Of a stretch of DNA of 64,000 nt, positions 9,312 through 19,520 are shown one piece after another. The number at the start of each line of letters is the position of its first letter. Positions within the stretch are counted from its first letter, which is position 1. Position numbers and translations under genes: made by a program. Below the pieces are notes generated by a model. The model made no database searches. It saw only the letters and a list, made by a program, of their open reading frames with translations, and had not been told where the DNA came from. Where the stretch lies: the NCBI GenBank assembly GCA_963777505.1, contig CAVZQN010000003.1:608001-672000 (forward strand), in the 5' to 3' direction. The DNA is from an uncultured bacterium. GTDB taxonomy: Bacteria > Acidobacteriota > HRBIN11 > JAKEFK01.

Positions 9312-9905
9312 ATGCGAACTCAAATTCTTGCAATCGTTGTCGCGATTGCTGCGGTTTTCCTGTTAGGGAATTCCGTCTTTTCAAAAGACCTCACAGTTCC
9401 GGACTCTGAAATTGCGGTTCTGGAGACATCTATGGGAAACATAACTCTGGAATTCTTTCCGAACGCCGCCCCAAAACATGTAGAAAACTTCAAAACACTT
9501 GCCCGGAAAGGCTTCTACGATGGAGTGAAATTTCACCGTGTAATCAAAGGATTTATGATTCAGGCTGGTGATCCAAACTCAAAAGATGATGATCCAACAA
9601 ATGATGGCGCCGGAAATGCAGGATATACGTTGAAAGCCGAATTTAACAGCATTCCTCATAAGAGAGGAATCCTTTCGATGGCACGCCGCGGCGATAGTGT
9701 AGATACCGCTTCGTGTCAATTTTTTATTATGCATGCAGACCGGCCACAGCTTGATAATCAATACACCGTTTTTGGCCGCGTAGTATCCGGCATGGATGTT
9801 GTTGATAAGATTGCTGTAACACCTACCGGACCGAGGGATAATCCCACTACACCGGTTGTGATCAAAAAAGTTATCCTTGAAAAACGAACCGCCCAAGCAA
9901 AATAA
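9312..9905 (+). CDS. Periplasmic cyclophilin-type peptidyl-prolyl isomerase
   Basis: Signal peptide, FYDGVKFHRVIKGFMIQAGD, LSMAR, QFFI, YTVFGRV. Confidence 0.95.
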   Translation: MRTQILAIVVAIAAVFLLGNSVFSKDLTVPDSEIAVLETSMGNITLEFFPNAAPKHVENFKTLARKGFYDGVKFHRVIKGFMIQAGDPNSKDDDPTNDGAGNAGYTLKAEFNSIPHKRGILSMARRGDSVDTASCQFFIMHADRPQLDNQYTVFGRVVSGMDVVDKIAVTPTGPRDNPTTPVVIKKVILEKRTAQAK

Positions 9906-11745
9906 TACCGATCCAGAGGGATCCAACCGAAAGGAGGATCCCTCATCTCTTGAAGAAGTCCGCCAGCGCCTTCAAACTTTCGGATATCTGAACGGCCGCA
10001 TCGAACGCTTCTATCTCGGAAGCTTTACACGCTCAGCTTCACAATTCTTTAACAGATTGTTGTTGGGAATTCGCGTTGGGTTGTTAAGTGGGACTCTTGC
10101 GGCCCTACTAATGACCGCGGGCACCGTTTTATTCAATGTCAGCTTACTGCGTAAGTGGTTGGATATTTTTCTGCTGTTTGTTTACTTCGAGATTTTTTTT
10201 GTTGCGGTTTTTACGTTGCTCGAAGTTGTGCTGACGTATGTTGTCTCCATGTGGCTTCGCTTCGCTGGTGGGCGAAAGTTGTTTGTGGCAGGACAGGCTT
10301 TTAGCTTCCTGACAGGCCTGGCTTTTTTTGTGTACTTCCTGTACTGGGGGTGGACCCGCTCGGGTGTTTTGAGGCTGCTTCCAGATGTTGGCGTCATTAC
10401 TATAATCATAGTACTACTAATCTCCTGTGTATTCGTTGCCCGCTGTGCGTGGCTCGGCTTCGTCGTTGCATTTCATGAAGCGAATTTGCCCTCTGGATTG
10501 CCGAATTGGCGGCGGCATGGCTATGAAGTCTTATTGTGCCTTGCTGCACTTTTGATTCTTGTTCCAATTGTGCTCAAACAGTCTTCAGCGGGTGAAGCCG
10601 ATGAACCTCCCGTCACGGTTTTATCAACTGCCGATCGATGGATTGTAATCGGTGTGGATGGTGTTTCGTTAGATTTGTTGCAGCGTTTTTCCGCATCAGG
10701 AGATTTGCCGAATCTTACAAAAATGATTCCGAAATCTTTTGTTGCTCCCCTGGAGTTTCAAGGCGCTGGTGTTCCACCCGTTGCCTGGACGACTGTTGCG
10801 ACCGGTGTACCTCCGGAAGAACACGGGATCCTGATGCCTGAAGTTCGGCGTCTTGAAGGAGTCAGTTCATGGATGCAAGTCACTCCATTTGAACTTGCAG
10901 TTCATTCTGTACTTGTCAGGGCTGGACTCGGACAACGCCAACCGGTTTCTGGATATATGCGCCACACAAAAGCATTTTGGGAAATTTTGTCGGACAGTGG
11001 GATCCAAACAGGAATTGTTAATTGGTGGGGAAGCTGGCCTGCACGTAAATTGCGCGGTTGGAATGTTTCTGAACGTTACTATTACAAGATTAGTTCCGCA
11101 AGCTCTCCGCAAGATGACGCATATCCCCCTGAACTCTTTGATGCATACAAATCCCTCGCTGGCAAAACGTCAACGAAAATTGATGGACCTTCTCTCGATC
11201 GATTCTATGCTTCAGTATTTGAATCTCTGATTCTTGATAGTCCAACTCGTGTTTCTGCAGTTTATCTGCCAGGTCATGACATCTTGAATTACGAATTTGT
11301 TGACCGGAAGCAAATGGACGCCTTTGTTTATACAACGCGCTTTCGAGAACACATCAAATGGTTCGATTCAACAATCGGAAAGATTGTTGGTGACTTGGGG
11401 GATATCCGGGTGATGGTGATTTTGTCTGCAGGCCGTTCGCTGCCGGGTCATTCGAGTGGAGTGCTCGTGTATGGCGGTGACGCCTGGAAAAAGGGATGGA
11501 TGAAGGATCAATCTTTTCCAGAACGCTCAGTGACACCACTGATTCTTTATACTTGCGGAGTTCCGATTTCGCGTTCCATGAAAGAGGATCTTTTGAAAGC
11601 TGTATTACCTTCCGAATTGTTGGCCCGAATTCCTGTTCGGGCGGTTGGATCGTATATTAAAAAAGATCGTGTTGATATCGAACATGCAGGTGAATTTAAC
11701 GATTTGCTCGTCGAACAAATGAAATCCCTCGGCTACCTCCAGTAA
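9877..11745 (+). CDS. Membrane-anchored alkaline-phosphatase-superfamily (phosphodiesterase/NPP-like) protein
   Basis: N-terminal TM helices, VIGVDG, PPVAWTTVATG..PEEHGI, VNWW.SWP, C-terminal SLGY. Confidence 0.85.
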   Translation: MKNEPPKQNNTDPEGSNRKEDPSSLEEVRQRLQTFGYLNGRIERFYLGSFTRSASQFFNRLLLGIRVGLLSGTLAALLMTAGTVLFNVSLLRKWLDIFLLFVYFEIFFVAVFTLLEVVLTYVVSMWLRFAGGRKLFVAGQAFSFLTGLAFFVYFLYWGWTRSGVLRLLPDVGVITIIIVLLISCVFVARCAWLGFVVAFHEANLPSGLPNWRRHGYEVLLCLAALLILVPIVLKQSSAGEADEPPVTVLSTADRWIVIGVDGVSLDLLQRFSASGDLPNLTKMIPKSFVAPLEFQGAGVPPVAWTTVATGVPPEEHGILMPEVRRLEGVSSWMQVTPFELAVHSVLVRAGLGQRQPVSGYMRHTKAFWEILSDSGIQTGIVNWWGSWPARKLRGWNVSERYYYKISSASSPQDDAYPPELFDAYKSLAGKTSTKIDGPSLDRFYASVFESLILDSPTRVSAVYLPGHDILNYEFVDRKQMDAFVYTTRFREHIKWFDSTIGKIVGDLGDIRVMVILSAGRSLPGHSSGVLVYGGDAWKKGWMKDQSFPERSVTPLILYTCGVPISRSMKEDLLKAVLPSELLARIPVRAVGSYIKKDRVDIEHAGEFNDLLVEQMKSLGYLQ

Positions 11746-11814
11746 AAACTCCGCGTCTTTGCAGTAATCAGGTCTCGGCTACTTTAATAAAACTTAGCGT
11801 CTTTGCGGTAATCA
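11728..11814. repeat. Imperfect tandem duplication of gene 3' end plus 9-bp-period element
   Basis: CTCGGCTAC..TAAAA..CT..GCGTCTTTGC(A/G)GTAATCA at 11728-11770 and 11774-11814. Confidence 0.8.
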
Positions 11815-11816
11815 CC

Positions 11817-11845
11817 TTGCAAAAGTGATACTTTTTTGTTAATTT
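11817..11845 (+). promoter_or_regulatory. Putative sigma70 promoter for hfq-pdxA
   Basis: TTGCAA-17-TAATTT with extended TG. Confidence 0.45.
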
Positions 11846-11957
11846 TTACCTCAAACATACAGCCAATAAAACTGTACTAGTTTATCTTCCTTACCGACTC
11901 ACAAATTTCTGTTCGTGAAGCACTGGTAGGTGATTACTGGAAGGAGGCATACTGACC

Positions 11958-12281
11958 TTGAACAGGAAATTGATCAGACCGAATTTGACGGAGATCAAAG
12001 AGCAGCAGTTCGGTTCAAAAACGAATCGAAAAAAACCTGCACCACCGGAACAAACGAATGCGGAGAGTTATTATTTTATCCGCCAGATGAACAATAAAAC
12101 TCCGATGGTTATCTCTTTAAACGACGGAGAAGAGATTCACGGAATTATTGAATGGTACGATAAACGTACAATTAAAGTACATCGCAATGATGGGCCGAAT
12201 TTATTGATCTATAAGGACAGAATTAAGTACATATACAAAGATCCGGCTTACGAGAACAATTCTGAAGACGAAGACAGATAA
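11958..12281 (+). CDS. hfq: Hfq/Sm-like RNA chaperone
   Basis: Sm1/Sm2-like pattern ..ISLNDGEEIHGIIEWYD.. and LLIYKDRIKYI. GGAGG RBS, TTG start. Confidence 0.75.
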   Translation: MNRKLIRPNLTEIKEQQFGSKTNRKKPAPPEQTNAESYYFIRQMNNKTPMVISLNDGEEIHGIIEWYDKRTIKVHRNDGPNLLIYKDRIKYIYKDPAYENNSEDEDR

Positions 12282-13228
12282 AGTTCCTGCAATTGGTATT
12301 ACGTTAGGAGATTCTGGCAGTATTGGACCCGAAATTATACTGAAGGCCTTTAACCGGAAACTTCCTCGCGCTCGCTACATCGTTTTTGGATCTGCACGAG
12401 TTTTGCATTTCCACTCAAAAAAGCTAGGGATACCATTCCCAAAAAAACAGTTTGATATTGTTGATATAGATAACATTCCTGAGCCCTATTTCGGACCACG
12501 GCCGAAGCAGTCAGGTCCGGCATCGATTGAATATCTGGAACACGCGTTTCGCGAATTCAAATCAGGCAGAATCGCTGGACTCGTGACAGGACCGATTCAA
12601 AAGATAAGCTGGCATCAAACTGGATATAAATATCCTGGCCAGACAGAATTTTGTGCTGAGAAAACAGGGACAAAAAATTTCTGCATGCTAATGGCCGGTA
12701 AGACTTTCCGTATAGCTTTGCTCAGTACACATTTGCCACTGCAAAAAGCACTTACAGGAAGTGAATTCCCAAAATATTTTGAGACTCTTGAAGTTGTTAG
12801 ATTCAGAATTTAGAAAACTTGGCTTTAAGTTACCTCGAATCGGCGTTGCTGCCCTGAATCCACATGCAGGAGAAGAAGGTGTTCTCGGTTCGCAGGAGGA
12901 GGAAATTATTATTCCAGCCTTGAACCGCGCGCGTTCGGAAGGCATTTTAGTTGATGGTCCGATCGCTCCTGAAGTTATTTTTCGGGTCGCAGCAAAAGAG
13001 AACAAGTGGGATGTAATTTTGGCAATGTACCATGATCAAGCAATGATCCCATTAAAGCTTTTAGATTTTGAAAATAGTGCAAATGTCACACTCGGGCTGC
13101 CACTGATTCGAACATCTCCCGATCATGGCACTGCCTTTGACATTGCCGGGAAAGGCAAAGCAAATCCAGGAAGTATGATTTATGCGATCAAGCTTGCGGT
13201 CGATTGGACAAACAAAAAGCAAAAATGA
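12262..13228 (+). CDS. pdxA: 4-hydroxythreonine-4-phosphate dehydrogenase, one frameshift near 12750, start codon probably non-canonical
   Basis: IGITLGDSGSIGPEI, VTGPIQK, GQTE, STHLPL, LNPHAGE.G, AMYHDQ, RTSPDHGTAFDIAGKG. Split between ORFs 12403..12813 and 12761..13228. Confidence 0.9.
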
Positions 13229-13300
13229 AAAATAAAAAATCAAAAATAAAGAATTAAGCCGAGTTCGTTTTTGCTTTTTTATTTTTCATCTTTTATTTTG
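13214..13300. repeat. Inverted array of 7-bp A-rich repeats (AAAAATN)n / (NATTTTT)n
   Basis: AAAAAGC AAAAATG AAAAATA AAAAATC ... TTTTTGC TTTTTTA TTTTTCA. Overlaps the pdxA stop. Confidence 0.7.
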
Positions 13301-13304
13301 AAAC

Positions 13305-13709
13305 ATGCGTTTAATTGCGTTGGATGTTGGAAAACGAAGAATTGGGCTTGCTGTCAGTGATCCTTTACAAGTAATAGCACGTCCTCATTCGACGATTCAA
13401 CGGACTAAGGATTCTCCTGCTGAAATTGCAAAAATCGCTACTGAACTTGATGCGGGGAAAATCTTGATCGGACTTCCTTTGCATTTGAATGGAACAGAAG
13501 GGGAGCAAGCAAAAGAAACCCGATCATTTGCAACAAAACTTGCAAGACACGTATCTGAGATCCAAATTGAATTCGTGGATGAACGGCTTACAACTGTTGA
13601 AGCTAAAGAGCGGCTGGCCGATCGTCGTGGAAGCTGGCATAAAAAAAGGGATAAGATCGATGCATATGCTGCCGCCTCAATCTTACAAAATTATTTAAAC
13701 AATCGATGA
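13305..13709 (+). CDS. ruvX: YqgF/RuvX pre-16S rRNA nuclease
   Basis: ALDVGKRRIGLAVSD, GLP, DERLTT, IDAYAA. Confidence 0.95.
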   Translation: MRLIALDVGKRRIGLAVSDPLQVIARPHSTIQRTKDSPAEIAKIATELDAGKILIGLPLHLNGTEGEQAKETRSFATKLARHVSEIQIEFVDERLTTVEAKERLADRRGSWHKKRDKIDAYAAASILQNYLNNR

Positions 13710-14728
13710 CCAAACGCACTAAACGCATTTTCGCTCTTTTATTCTTGCTCGTAATAATCGCTGTTGCCGCAGTTGTTTATGTTGCATGGTATGCCGTAAA
13801 TGCTCCATACCGCGCATACAGTGAGCAAAGGGTTTTTGTTTCAATCCCGCCAGGCATGTCTTTGGATTCCGCTACACGTACACTCGCGAATCGTGGAATT
13901 GTTCGGCATCCCTTGCTTCTAAAAGGCATTTTCTACTACCAGCGTACCCAGTCTCAACTGAAAGCGGGGGACTATGTATTTGACCGTCCGATGACGCCTT
14001 TTGAAGTGTATGCAAAATTGCTTCGCGGAGAACAACAATATCGTGTTTTAACAATTCCCGAAGGCATCAGTACATTTGATTTGGGCGCGATTTTTGAAAA
14101 AGAAGGACTTCCAAAAGCAGATTTTGAAAAGGCTTTAAAATCAACCTCAGTCCTTGCGGAACTTAAGAAAATCGAACCATCACTTACAAGTTCTGAAGGC
14201 TTCTTGTTTCCTGAAACGTACTATTTGAGCAAGAAAGACAATGCTGAAAGAGTTGTGATTGTCATGCTTCAAGAATTCAAAAAACGATTCAGTCCTGAAT
14301 TCAATAAACGTGCCGCGGAACTTGGAATGAATGTCGTTCAGGTTGTAACGCTTGCAAGCTTAATTGAAAAGGAAACAGGACAGGAATCGGAGCGTCCGTT
14401 AATTGGCGGTGTATTTCATAACAGGTTAAAAAAAGGAATGCTGCTTCAATGTGATCCAACTGTCATTTATGCTTTGCGGGTGGAGAACAAGTATAAAGGA
14501 ACGATTACATACGCAGATTTGAAAAAGGAGTCGCTATATAACACGTATGTGACGCCAGGTTTGCCGCCGGGTCCGATCGCAAATCCAGGTGAGGAATCGA
14601 TCCGTGCAGCCCTGTATCCGGAATCAACCGATAAGTTGTATTTTGTGTCGAAAAATGATGGAACTCATCACTTTTCTGCGACCTTAGCTGAGCATAATCG
14701 CGCCGTGCAACAATATCAGCGAAATTAG
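13706..14728 (+). CDS. mltG: Endolytic transglycosylase
   Basis: TIPEG, EGFLFPETY, ASLIEKE, LQCDPT, YNTY...GLPPGPI.NPG. Confidence 0.96.
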   Translation: MTKRTKRIFALLFLLVIIAVAAVVYVAWYAVNAPYRAYSEQRVFVSIPPGMSLDSATRTLANRGIVRHPLLLKGIFYYQRTQSQLKAGDYVFDRPMTPFEVYAKLLRGEQQYRVLTIPEGISTFDLGAIFEKEGLPKADFEKALKSTSVLAELKKIEPSLTSSEGFLFPETYYLSKKDNAERVVIVMLQEFKKRFSPEFNKRAAELGMNVVQVVTLASLIEKETGQESERPLIGGVFHNRLKKGMLLQCDPTVIYALRVENKYKGTITYADLKKESLYNTYVTPGLPPGPIANPGEESIRAALYPESTDKLYFVSKNDGTHHFSATLAEHNRAVQQYQRN

Positions 14729-14747
14729 AGTTTTGCGTCTCTGCGGT

Positions 14748-15497
14748 TTACGCTTCTGTGGATGATTCGAATTCGGATTTTTCTGAGGCTGGAGGTTGTA
14801 CGAAGAAAAGAATTCTGTTGCAGCTCTCACAAGTAATCACGGAATCATTTCTCTTAATCTCTTGAAATAATTGTGGACGTATTCTCATATGGCATTCCAT
14901 GCAGATTTGATTTTTTGCTTCTGCCATTGCAACACCTTTTCGTCCGCGAGAAGCGCGATCATACACTTCCATAACTTCTTCCGGAACTTGAGGGATCCAT
15001 TTATCTCTTTGGGATTGAAGTGCCTGTAGTTCTGATCGAAGCTGTTCGACCTGTTGTTCAACGACGCTCTTGTCTTTTAGGATGACACTCTCTTCGCGGT
15101 CCAGTGCACCTTGAGCTTCATCAAGTGCACTTTTTATTTGTTCTGCTTCTTCCATCAGCGTTAAGATCTGATCTTCAATCTGACGGATCGCCTGTGTAAC
15201 TCCATCGATCTCATGTTGTAGGGCTGTATATTCCTTATTTGTCTTTGCACTGTCTAGTTGTTCCTTGTATTTTGTTCGTTTTGTCTCTATTAGATTGACG
15301 TCACTATCAAGTTCTCGTCTTTTCTTCGAATTTTCTGCGGTAAGTTCCTTTTTTTCCTGAACATTTCTGCGGAAGCGATCCAGTTTTCGATCGAGTTCCT
15401 GAATTTGGCCAGGCATACCGGAGATTCGAAAGTTAAGAGTTGCAATTTGAAGATCAAGAAAATGAAGTTGAATTAGGGGAGTTAGGTCAACGGCCAT
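14748..15497 (-). CDS. Coiled-coil C4 zinc-ribbon protein (DUF164/CdsZ-like)
   Basis: Long coiled coil, NKEY.AL..EI, CMEC...CESCNRIL. Confidence 0.9.
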   Translation of the reverse strand: MAVDLTPLIQLHFLDLQIATLNFRISGMPGQIQELDRKLDRFRRNVQEKKELTAENSKKRRELDSDVNLIETKRTKYKEQLDSAKTNKEYTALQHEIDGVTQAIRQIEDQILTLMEEAEQIKSALDEAQGALDREESVILKDKSVVEQQVEQLRSELQALQSQRDKWIPQVPEEVMEVYDRASRGRKGVAMAEAKNQICMECHMRIRPQLFQEIKRNDSVITCESCNRILFFVQPPASEKSEFESSTEA

Positions 15498-15569
15498 TTA
15501 TATATTCACCAGTAAAGAGTTCTTAGAAAATGTAGTTGGATGTGAAGAAATGAAAAGCAAGGAGTAAGG

Positions 15570-15643
15570 TGGGCCCACCTGGATTCGAACCAGGGACCAA
15601 CCGGTTATGAGCCGGTAGCTCTGACCAGCTGAGCTATGGGCCC
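15570..15643 (-). tRNA. tRNA with CAT anticodon, probably tRNA-Ile2 (lysidine)
   Basis: GGGCCCA/TGGGCCC acceptor stem, TAGCTCAG D-arm, CCGGC-TCATAA anticodon arm, GGTTCGAATCC T-arm. Position downstream of rpoD matches ileX. Lacks initiator-tRNA features. Confidence 0.93.
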
Positions 15644-15654
15644 GAGCGCTTTCT

Positions 15655-15710
15655 GGAGCGCGGGCCTCCGTGCCCGCTGCTAGTTGGACGGGCAGAGACG
15701 CCCGCCCTCC
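15655..15710. repeat. Inverted pair of GC-rich REP-like palindromes (GCGGGCGAGACGCCCGC.CTCC family)
   Basis: GGAGCGCGGGCCTCCGTGCCCGC ... ACGGGCAGAGACGCCCGCCCTCC. Related to 22687-22709 and 45708-45730. Confidence 0.7.
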
Positions 15711-15741
15711 TAAAAGATTGCGGGCGAAGCCAGAAAGTGGA

Positions 15742-15775
15742 AGGCAGACTGCAGAATCAATTCTGCGGTCTGCCT
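15742..15775. terminator. Hairpin just downstream of rpoD
   Basis: AGGCAGACTGCAGAAT-CA-ATTCTGCGGTCTGCCT. Weak U-tract. Confidence 0.45.
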
Positions 15776-15784
15776 GAAGCATTA

Positions 15785-17482
15785 TTAAATCCTTCCGTTC
15801 AAGAAATTTTTGATAACTTTGCTACGTGATGGATGTCGCAATTTCCGCAACGCCTTGGCTTCAATCTGGCGTATGCGTTCGCGTGTTACTGAAAAGATTT
15901 GTCCGACTTCTTCCAAAGTTCGCTCGCTTCCGTCGCCAATCCCGAATCGTAACTTAATTACCATCTCTTCGCGCGGTGTTAACGTCTTTAATATATCTTC
16001 GATTTCTTTCTTCAAACTAGTATTGATTACAGCATCTGAAGGCGAAACCGCTTTTTGATCTTCAATAAAATCGCCAAGATGACTGTCTTCCTCTTCACCA
16101 ATCGGGGTTTCAAGAGAAATTGGTTCTTGTGCAATCTTGAGAATTTTTCTTACTTTAGAAACCGGCATTCCCATCTTTTCGGCAATTTCTTCCGATGATG
16201 GTTCACGGCCTTTGATTTGTACAAGACTTCTGGAAGTTCGGACCAGCTTGTTAATTGTTTCAATCATATGCACAGGAATACGGATCGTTCTCGCCTGATC
16301 TGCGATTGCGCGCGTAATTGATTGGCGGATCCACCATGTTGCATATGTTGAAAACTTATAGCCGCGGCGGTATTCAAATTTTTCGACAGCTTTCATCAAG
16401 CCGTTGTTCCCTTCTTGAATCAAATCCAGGAACTGGAGGCCACGATTCGTGTATTTCTTCGCAATAGAAACAACAAGACGTAAGTTGGCTTCAATTAATT
16501 CCTTCTTCGCCTGCTCGACCTGTGCTTCTTCCTCCTCAATGACATTGAGATTTTCTTTCAGTTCTTTTGTGTCTGAATAATATTCCGTCTCCATTGTACG
16601 GATATTGTCCTGATATTCCCGAATCTGATGACGGATCTCTTTCTTCCTATCATCAGTCTTGCGGCCCTGTTCAAGGCTGACCTTAAACCGTTTGATGTCG
16701 CGTTCCCAGTCTTCCAGGCGGCTCAAAAGTTCTTTAATTTTTCGAATGATCCTTCCACGCTGTTGATCATTCAGTTGAAGCGCCTGAATATATTTGGATA
16801 CCTTTCCGCGATTCTTGTAAATTTCATCAGCATATTTCTGGACTGCTGCTTTGCTGACAAGCTTTCTCTGCTTCTCTTTCAGTTTCAGATAATCCTGATC
16901 GAGATGCGAAATCTTATCCATCACATTGAGAACCTGACGATACTTCGTATCAATTGTCTTCTCTGTGATTTCTTCATCTTGAAGATGGAATAAGTTTGGA
17001 ATTAAGTTCTTATTCTTGCGGATCCGCTGTCCAAGTGCGAGTACTTCTTTAATCGCAATCGGGGCCATCGAAATCGCGCGAATCAAATTTTCTTTATGTG
17101 TTTCAATTCGCTTTGCAATTTCAATTTCACCTTCTCTGGTTAGAAGCGGAACAATTCCCATCTCGCGAAGGTACATACGGACAGGATCATAGGTCTTGGC
17201 GTAATTTTCTCCTTCGGCCTCTTGCTCCTGCTCAGGCTGTTCATCCTGTTCAAATCCTTTGGAGAAACCCCGCGAATCTGATTGATATTTTTCCTCCGAA
17301 TCGACAACTTCAATGCCGACTGAATCAAACATCGAAAATAACTCATCGATCTCATCAGATGAATTGATGATTTCCGAAGGCAACACATCATTCACTTCAT
17401 CGTAGAGCAGGTAACCTTTTTGCTTACCGCTATAGACAAGCTGTTTTATTTCATCGTACTTATCGTCAATGGACAAACGCAT
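15785..17482 (-). CDS. rpoD: RNA polymerase primary sigma factor
   Basis: Region 1.1, [48 protein letters not shown]. Confidence 0.98.
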   Translation of the reverse strand: MRLSIDDKYDEIKQLVYSGKQKGYLLYDEVNDVLPSEIINSSDEIDELFSMFDSVGIEVVDSEEKYQSDSRGFSKGFEQDEQPEQEQEAEGENYAKTYDPVRMYLREMGIVPLLTREGEIEIAKRIETHKENLIRAISMAPIAIKEVLALGQRIRKNKNLIPNLFHLQDEEITEKTIDTKYRQVLNVMDKISHLDQDYLKLKEKQRKLVSKAAVQKYADEIYKNRGKVSKYIQALQLNDQQRGRIIRKIKELLSRLEDWERDIKRFKVSLEQGRKTDDRKKEIRHQIREYQDNIRTMETEYYSDTKELKENLNVIEEEEAQVEQAKKELIEANLRLVVSIAKKYTNRGLQFLDLIQEGNNGLMKAVEKFEYRRGYKFSTYATWWIRQSITRAIADQARTIRIPVHMIETINKLVRTSRSLVQIKGREPSSEEIAEKMGMPVSKVRKILKIAQEPISLETPIGEEEDSHLGDFIEDQKAVSPSDAVINTSLKKEIEDILKTLTPREEMVIKLRFGIGDGSERTLEEVGQIFSVTRERIRQIEAKALRKLRHPSRSKVIKNFLNGRI

Positions 17483-17729
17483 ATCCTCCTAACAACAAAT
17501 CATTCTCCCGCCCCTCTCTCATTGGGCGTCCAACAAAAGACAAAGGTTTTCAAGGCACTTATAACGTTTTGCTTGTAAGTTATTGCTAAAATAGGACTTA
17601 TGCAAAAGAGTTCGGGGTGCATAGGAATTTGCACGCTAATAATATAAGAGTTACGTTCAGAAAATCAAGGGAAATTCAATGATTAAGTTATTGTGTAAAC
17701 GGCACATAGTTTGCTTACAACAACCGTAA

Positions 17730-19490
17730 TTATGGCTCAGGCGGGGGTTTTGGACCTTTTGTTTGGAGCCCTAAATCTCGTTTCATCGTCAGTAAAGCAT
17801 CCAATTTCGCTGAATCTCCGCCTTTTATCGCTTCTTCAATCTCCATATTTAAGCTGCGTAGAATTCTGTCTATTCGGATTAACCGGATCGAACGAATTTT
17901 GTCCAGCGCATTGGGTAGGGTTGGATCCGGAGCCTCTTGATCCATTGCAAGCGAAGTCATCAAGCTTTGAAGGTCGCCCGGAAATCGATGAATTAATTCG
18001 GCAGAAGACACCTGAGGGTTCGCTTCGATGTCTTGTTGAAGCTGCGTAAAACATTCTGCAAGACTTAATTCTTCAAAATCTTCGGTATTAAGCTGTGAAA
18101 AAATTTCGGAAGCTGTGCCTGGATTCATCAACAAAATTTGCAAAAGCTCTTTCTCAGGTTTCGGAAGATTACTTTCACTTTTTATGTTTCTGGGTTCGGC
18201 GGATCTCGTTTTTTGTTTGCGCTTATACAGGTCCATCAATATCTGCGTCGAGATTCCGAAAGAAGACGCAAAGCGGTTTAACAATTGCTCGCGCTCAAAC
18301 GGGTTGCTAACGACCGAAAGCAATCCGATGAGTTCATCTGTTGCGGCAAGTTTACCTGATGGAGCTTTCAGATCGTGTTTTTTGGAAAGGTTGTTCATGA
18401 ACAATTGATCGTATCGGAGTGCACGGCTGATTTCATCTGACAAAGCCTGAGGCCCTTGTTCACGAATGAATTGATCTGGATCAAATCCTTCTGGAAGGTT
18501 TGCGATTTGAATTGCAAAACCTTCTTTCAACAAAATTGGAATCGCTCTGAGTGCGGCCGATTTTCCTGCAACATCAGGATCGTACAGTAGAACAACTTTA
18601 TCGGTATATCTATGAAGAAGGCGTGCCTGACTTTCAGTAAGACTGGTTCCGAGTGACGCAACAATATTATTTTGACCTGCTTGAAACGGGAGGATCATAT
18701 CGAAGTAACCTTCAACCAGAATTGCGAACTTCTGCTCCTGAATATTTTCTTTTGAAAAATAGAGCCCGAATAGTTGCATCGATTTGGAATAGAGGGATGT
18801 TTCTGGACTATTCAGATATTTTGCTTCTTCGCCGCTTCCTTTAAAGATGCGTCCACCGAAACCAATGATGTTTCCATGAATGTCATGAATCGGAATAATG
18901 ATTCGGCTGCGATAGCGATCGTAGTAACCTTCACTCTGGCGTGGAATTACAAGTCCGCATTGTTCCAGCCTGGCAGGGCTTACATCACGTTTTTGAAAGT
19001 GCTCCAGTAGTGCATTCCAGGAATCGGGCGCCCAGCCGAGGCGAAAACGGCGGATCGTGTCCTGAGTGATCCCTCTTTCTTCAAGATAATTCAGCCCTTC
19101 TGCGCCGGTTTCATGCGTAGTCAACAGATTGTGATAGAAGTCGGAAGTATGCCGCATTAAATCGAGCAATTCTTCTTTCTCTTTTCGTTCACCTCCTGAT
19201 GTGAATTTCAAAGGAATGTTGTAACGTGTGCTCAGCAGTTGCATGCATTCCTTGAAGTCCATTTTCTCCATCAGCATCACAAACTTGATAACATCGCCTC
19301 CAACACCGCATCCGAAACAATGGAACATTCCATTTTCTGCAGCATAAAATGACGGCGTCTTTTCTGTATGAAATGGACAAAGCGCGCGAAAACGGCTACC
19401 CGATTTTTTGAAGGTAATGTAATGGCCGAAGACCATCATTGGATCCACAACGGCTTTTAATTGCGCTAGAAAATTTTCCCCGGTAGGCAT
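17730..19490 (-). CDS. dnaG: DNA primase
   Basis: CPFHTEKTPSF..CFGC zinc finger, KYLNSPET, VEGYFD, YDPD TOPRIM. Confidence 0.98.
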   Translation of the reverse strand: MPTGENFLAQLKAVVDPMMVFGHYITFKKSGSRFRALCPFHTEKTPSFYAAENGMFHCFGCGVGGDVIKFVMLMEKMDFKECMQLLSTRYNIPLKFTSGGERKEKEELLDLMRHTSDFYHNLLTTHETGAEGLNYLEERGITQDTIRRFRLGWAPDSWNALLEHFQKRDVSPARLEQCGLVIPRQSEGYYDRYRSRIIIPIHDIHGNIIGFGGRIFKGSGEEAKYLNSPETSLYSKSMQLFGLYFSKENIQEQKFAILVEGYFDMILPFQAGQNNIVASLGTSLTESQARLLHRYTDKVVLLYDPDVAGKSAALRAIPILLKEGFAIQIANLPEGFDPDQFIREQGPQALSDEISRALRYDQLFMNNLSKKHDLKAPSGKLAATDELIGLLSVVSNPFEREQLLNRFASSFGISTQILMDLYKRKQKTRSAEPRNIKSESNLPKPEKELLQILLMNPGTASEIFSQLNTEDFEELSLAECFTQLQQDIEANPQVSSAELIHRFPGDLQSLMTSLAMDQEAPDPTLPNALDKIRSIRLIRIDRILRSLNMEIEEAIKGGDSAKLDALLTMKRDLGLQTKGPKPPPEP

Positions 19491-19520
19491 GATGAATGAT
19501 TATACTCTCTGACTTTGCGG

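Noticed and set aside
15498-15782. 94-aa ORF between rpoD and the zinc-ribbon gene
   Set aside because: Runs through the tRNA and REP-like palindromes, so it is spurious.
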